DNA of 21,842 bases. Source: an uncultured archaeon (lineage in GTDB: Archaea; Aenigmatarchaeota; Aenigmatarchaeia; GW2011-AR5). This document shows positions 21,200 to 21,842 of the stretch, in pieces; within the stretch, counting starts at the first letter, position 1; every line of letters begins with the position of its first letter. The DNA is taken from positions 1-21,842 of the forward strand of contig CAYJVT010000014.1 of assembly GCA_964373695.1 (NCBI GenBank), in the 5' to 3' direction. The position numbers were made by a program, and so were the translations under genes. The notes under the pieces were generated by a model. It was not told where the DNA came from and ran no database searches. It saw only the letters and a program-made list of their open reading frames with translations.

Positions 21200-21842
21200 A
21201 GCAGCTCTCGGACGGCATATGGAAGGACGGCAACCGGCTTTACACGAAGAACCTGAAGCCTGGAAAAAGGGTTTATGATGAAAGGCTTGTGAAGCACGAA
21301 GGCACAGAATACCGCGAATGGAACCCCTCTAGGAGCAAGCTTGGCGCTGCCATAGCAAACGGGATGAAGGCTGCGCCTCTTGCGGAGAATTCCAGGGTGC
21401 TTTATCTTGGCGCCTCCACCGGCACGACAGTCAGCCACGTCAGCGACATATGCACGGCAGGCATCGTTTATGCGCTGGAATTCTCCGAGCGCGTCTTCAG
21501 GTCGCTTCTGGATATCTCATCGGAGAGAAAAAACATTGCGCCGCTGATGGCGGATGCCAGAAAGACGGAGGGCTATTCGTGGATAGAGGAGTGCGACGTG
21601 GTATTTGTCGATGTGTCTCAGCCAGATGAAACGGAGATTGCGATAAGGAATGCCGAAATGTTTCTGAAGACCGGCGGAATCCTTATGATAGCCGTGAAGT
21701 CGCAGAGCATCGACGTCACGAAGAAGCCCGAGGAAGTCTACGAGCAGGAAGCGGAGAAGCTGGTGAAGTCAGGTTACGAGGTGCTCGAAATCATCGATTT
21801 GGAGCCGCATGAGGAGAAGCACGCGATGATCGTGGCGAGGAA
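21196..21842 (+). CDS. flpA: Fibrillarin-like rRNA/tRNA 2'-O-methyltransferase (3'-truncated by the window edge)
   Basis: Manual translation: VYDERL...YREWNPSRSKLGAAI...VLYLGASTGTTVSHVSD...YALEFS...ADAR...DVSQPDE...AVKSQSIDV...LEPHEEKHAMI; ATGA overlap with nop5. Confidence 0.97.
   Translation, partial: MKQLSDGIWKDGNRLYTKNLKPGKRVYDERLVKHEGTEYREWNPSRSKLGAAIANGMKAAPLAENSRVLYLGASTGTTVSHVSDICTAGIVYALEFSERVFRSLLDISSERKNIAPLMADARKTEGYSWIEECDVVFVDVSQPDETEIAIRNAEMFLKTGGILMIAVKSQSIDVTKKPEEVYEQEAEKLVKSGYEVLEIIDLEPHEEKHAMIVAR

Overview
Compact, gene-dense archaeal window. A DPANN lineage (possibly Aenigmarchaeota-like) is my inference from gene content, overlapping stop codons, leaderless promoters and intron-rich tRNAs; nothing was searched. 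Left half: truD, then a cell-envelope cluster with two head-to-head STT3/AglB-like GT-C paralogues, a processive cellulose-synthase-like GT2, a Yip1 protein, a lipoprotein, a 919-aa Methanococcus/Thermococcus-type S-layer protein with a structured leader and terminator, and a membrane-anchored wHTH protein. Middle: small hypothetical genes, a DUF59/SufT gene, a YdjM-like hydrolase and three intron-containing tRNAs: Thr(CGT), Gly(CCC) and a Val(GAC) gene with three non-canonical introns (33/34, 42/43, 59/60). Right half: the classical lower mevalonate pathway (mvaD, mvk, phosphomevalonate kinase, type-1 idi), with an embedded HAD-Nudix fusion and an opposite-strand SAM methyltransferase, followed by rps17e, nop5 and a truncated fibrillarin gene. 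All calls come from manual motif reading.
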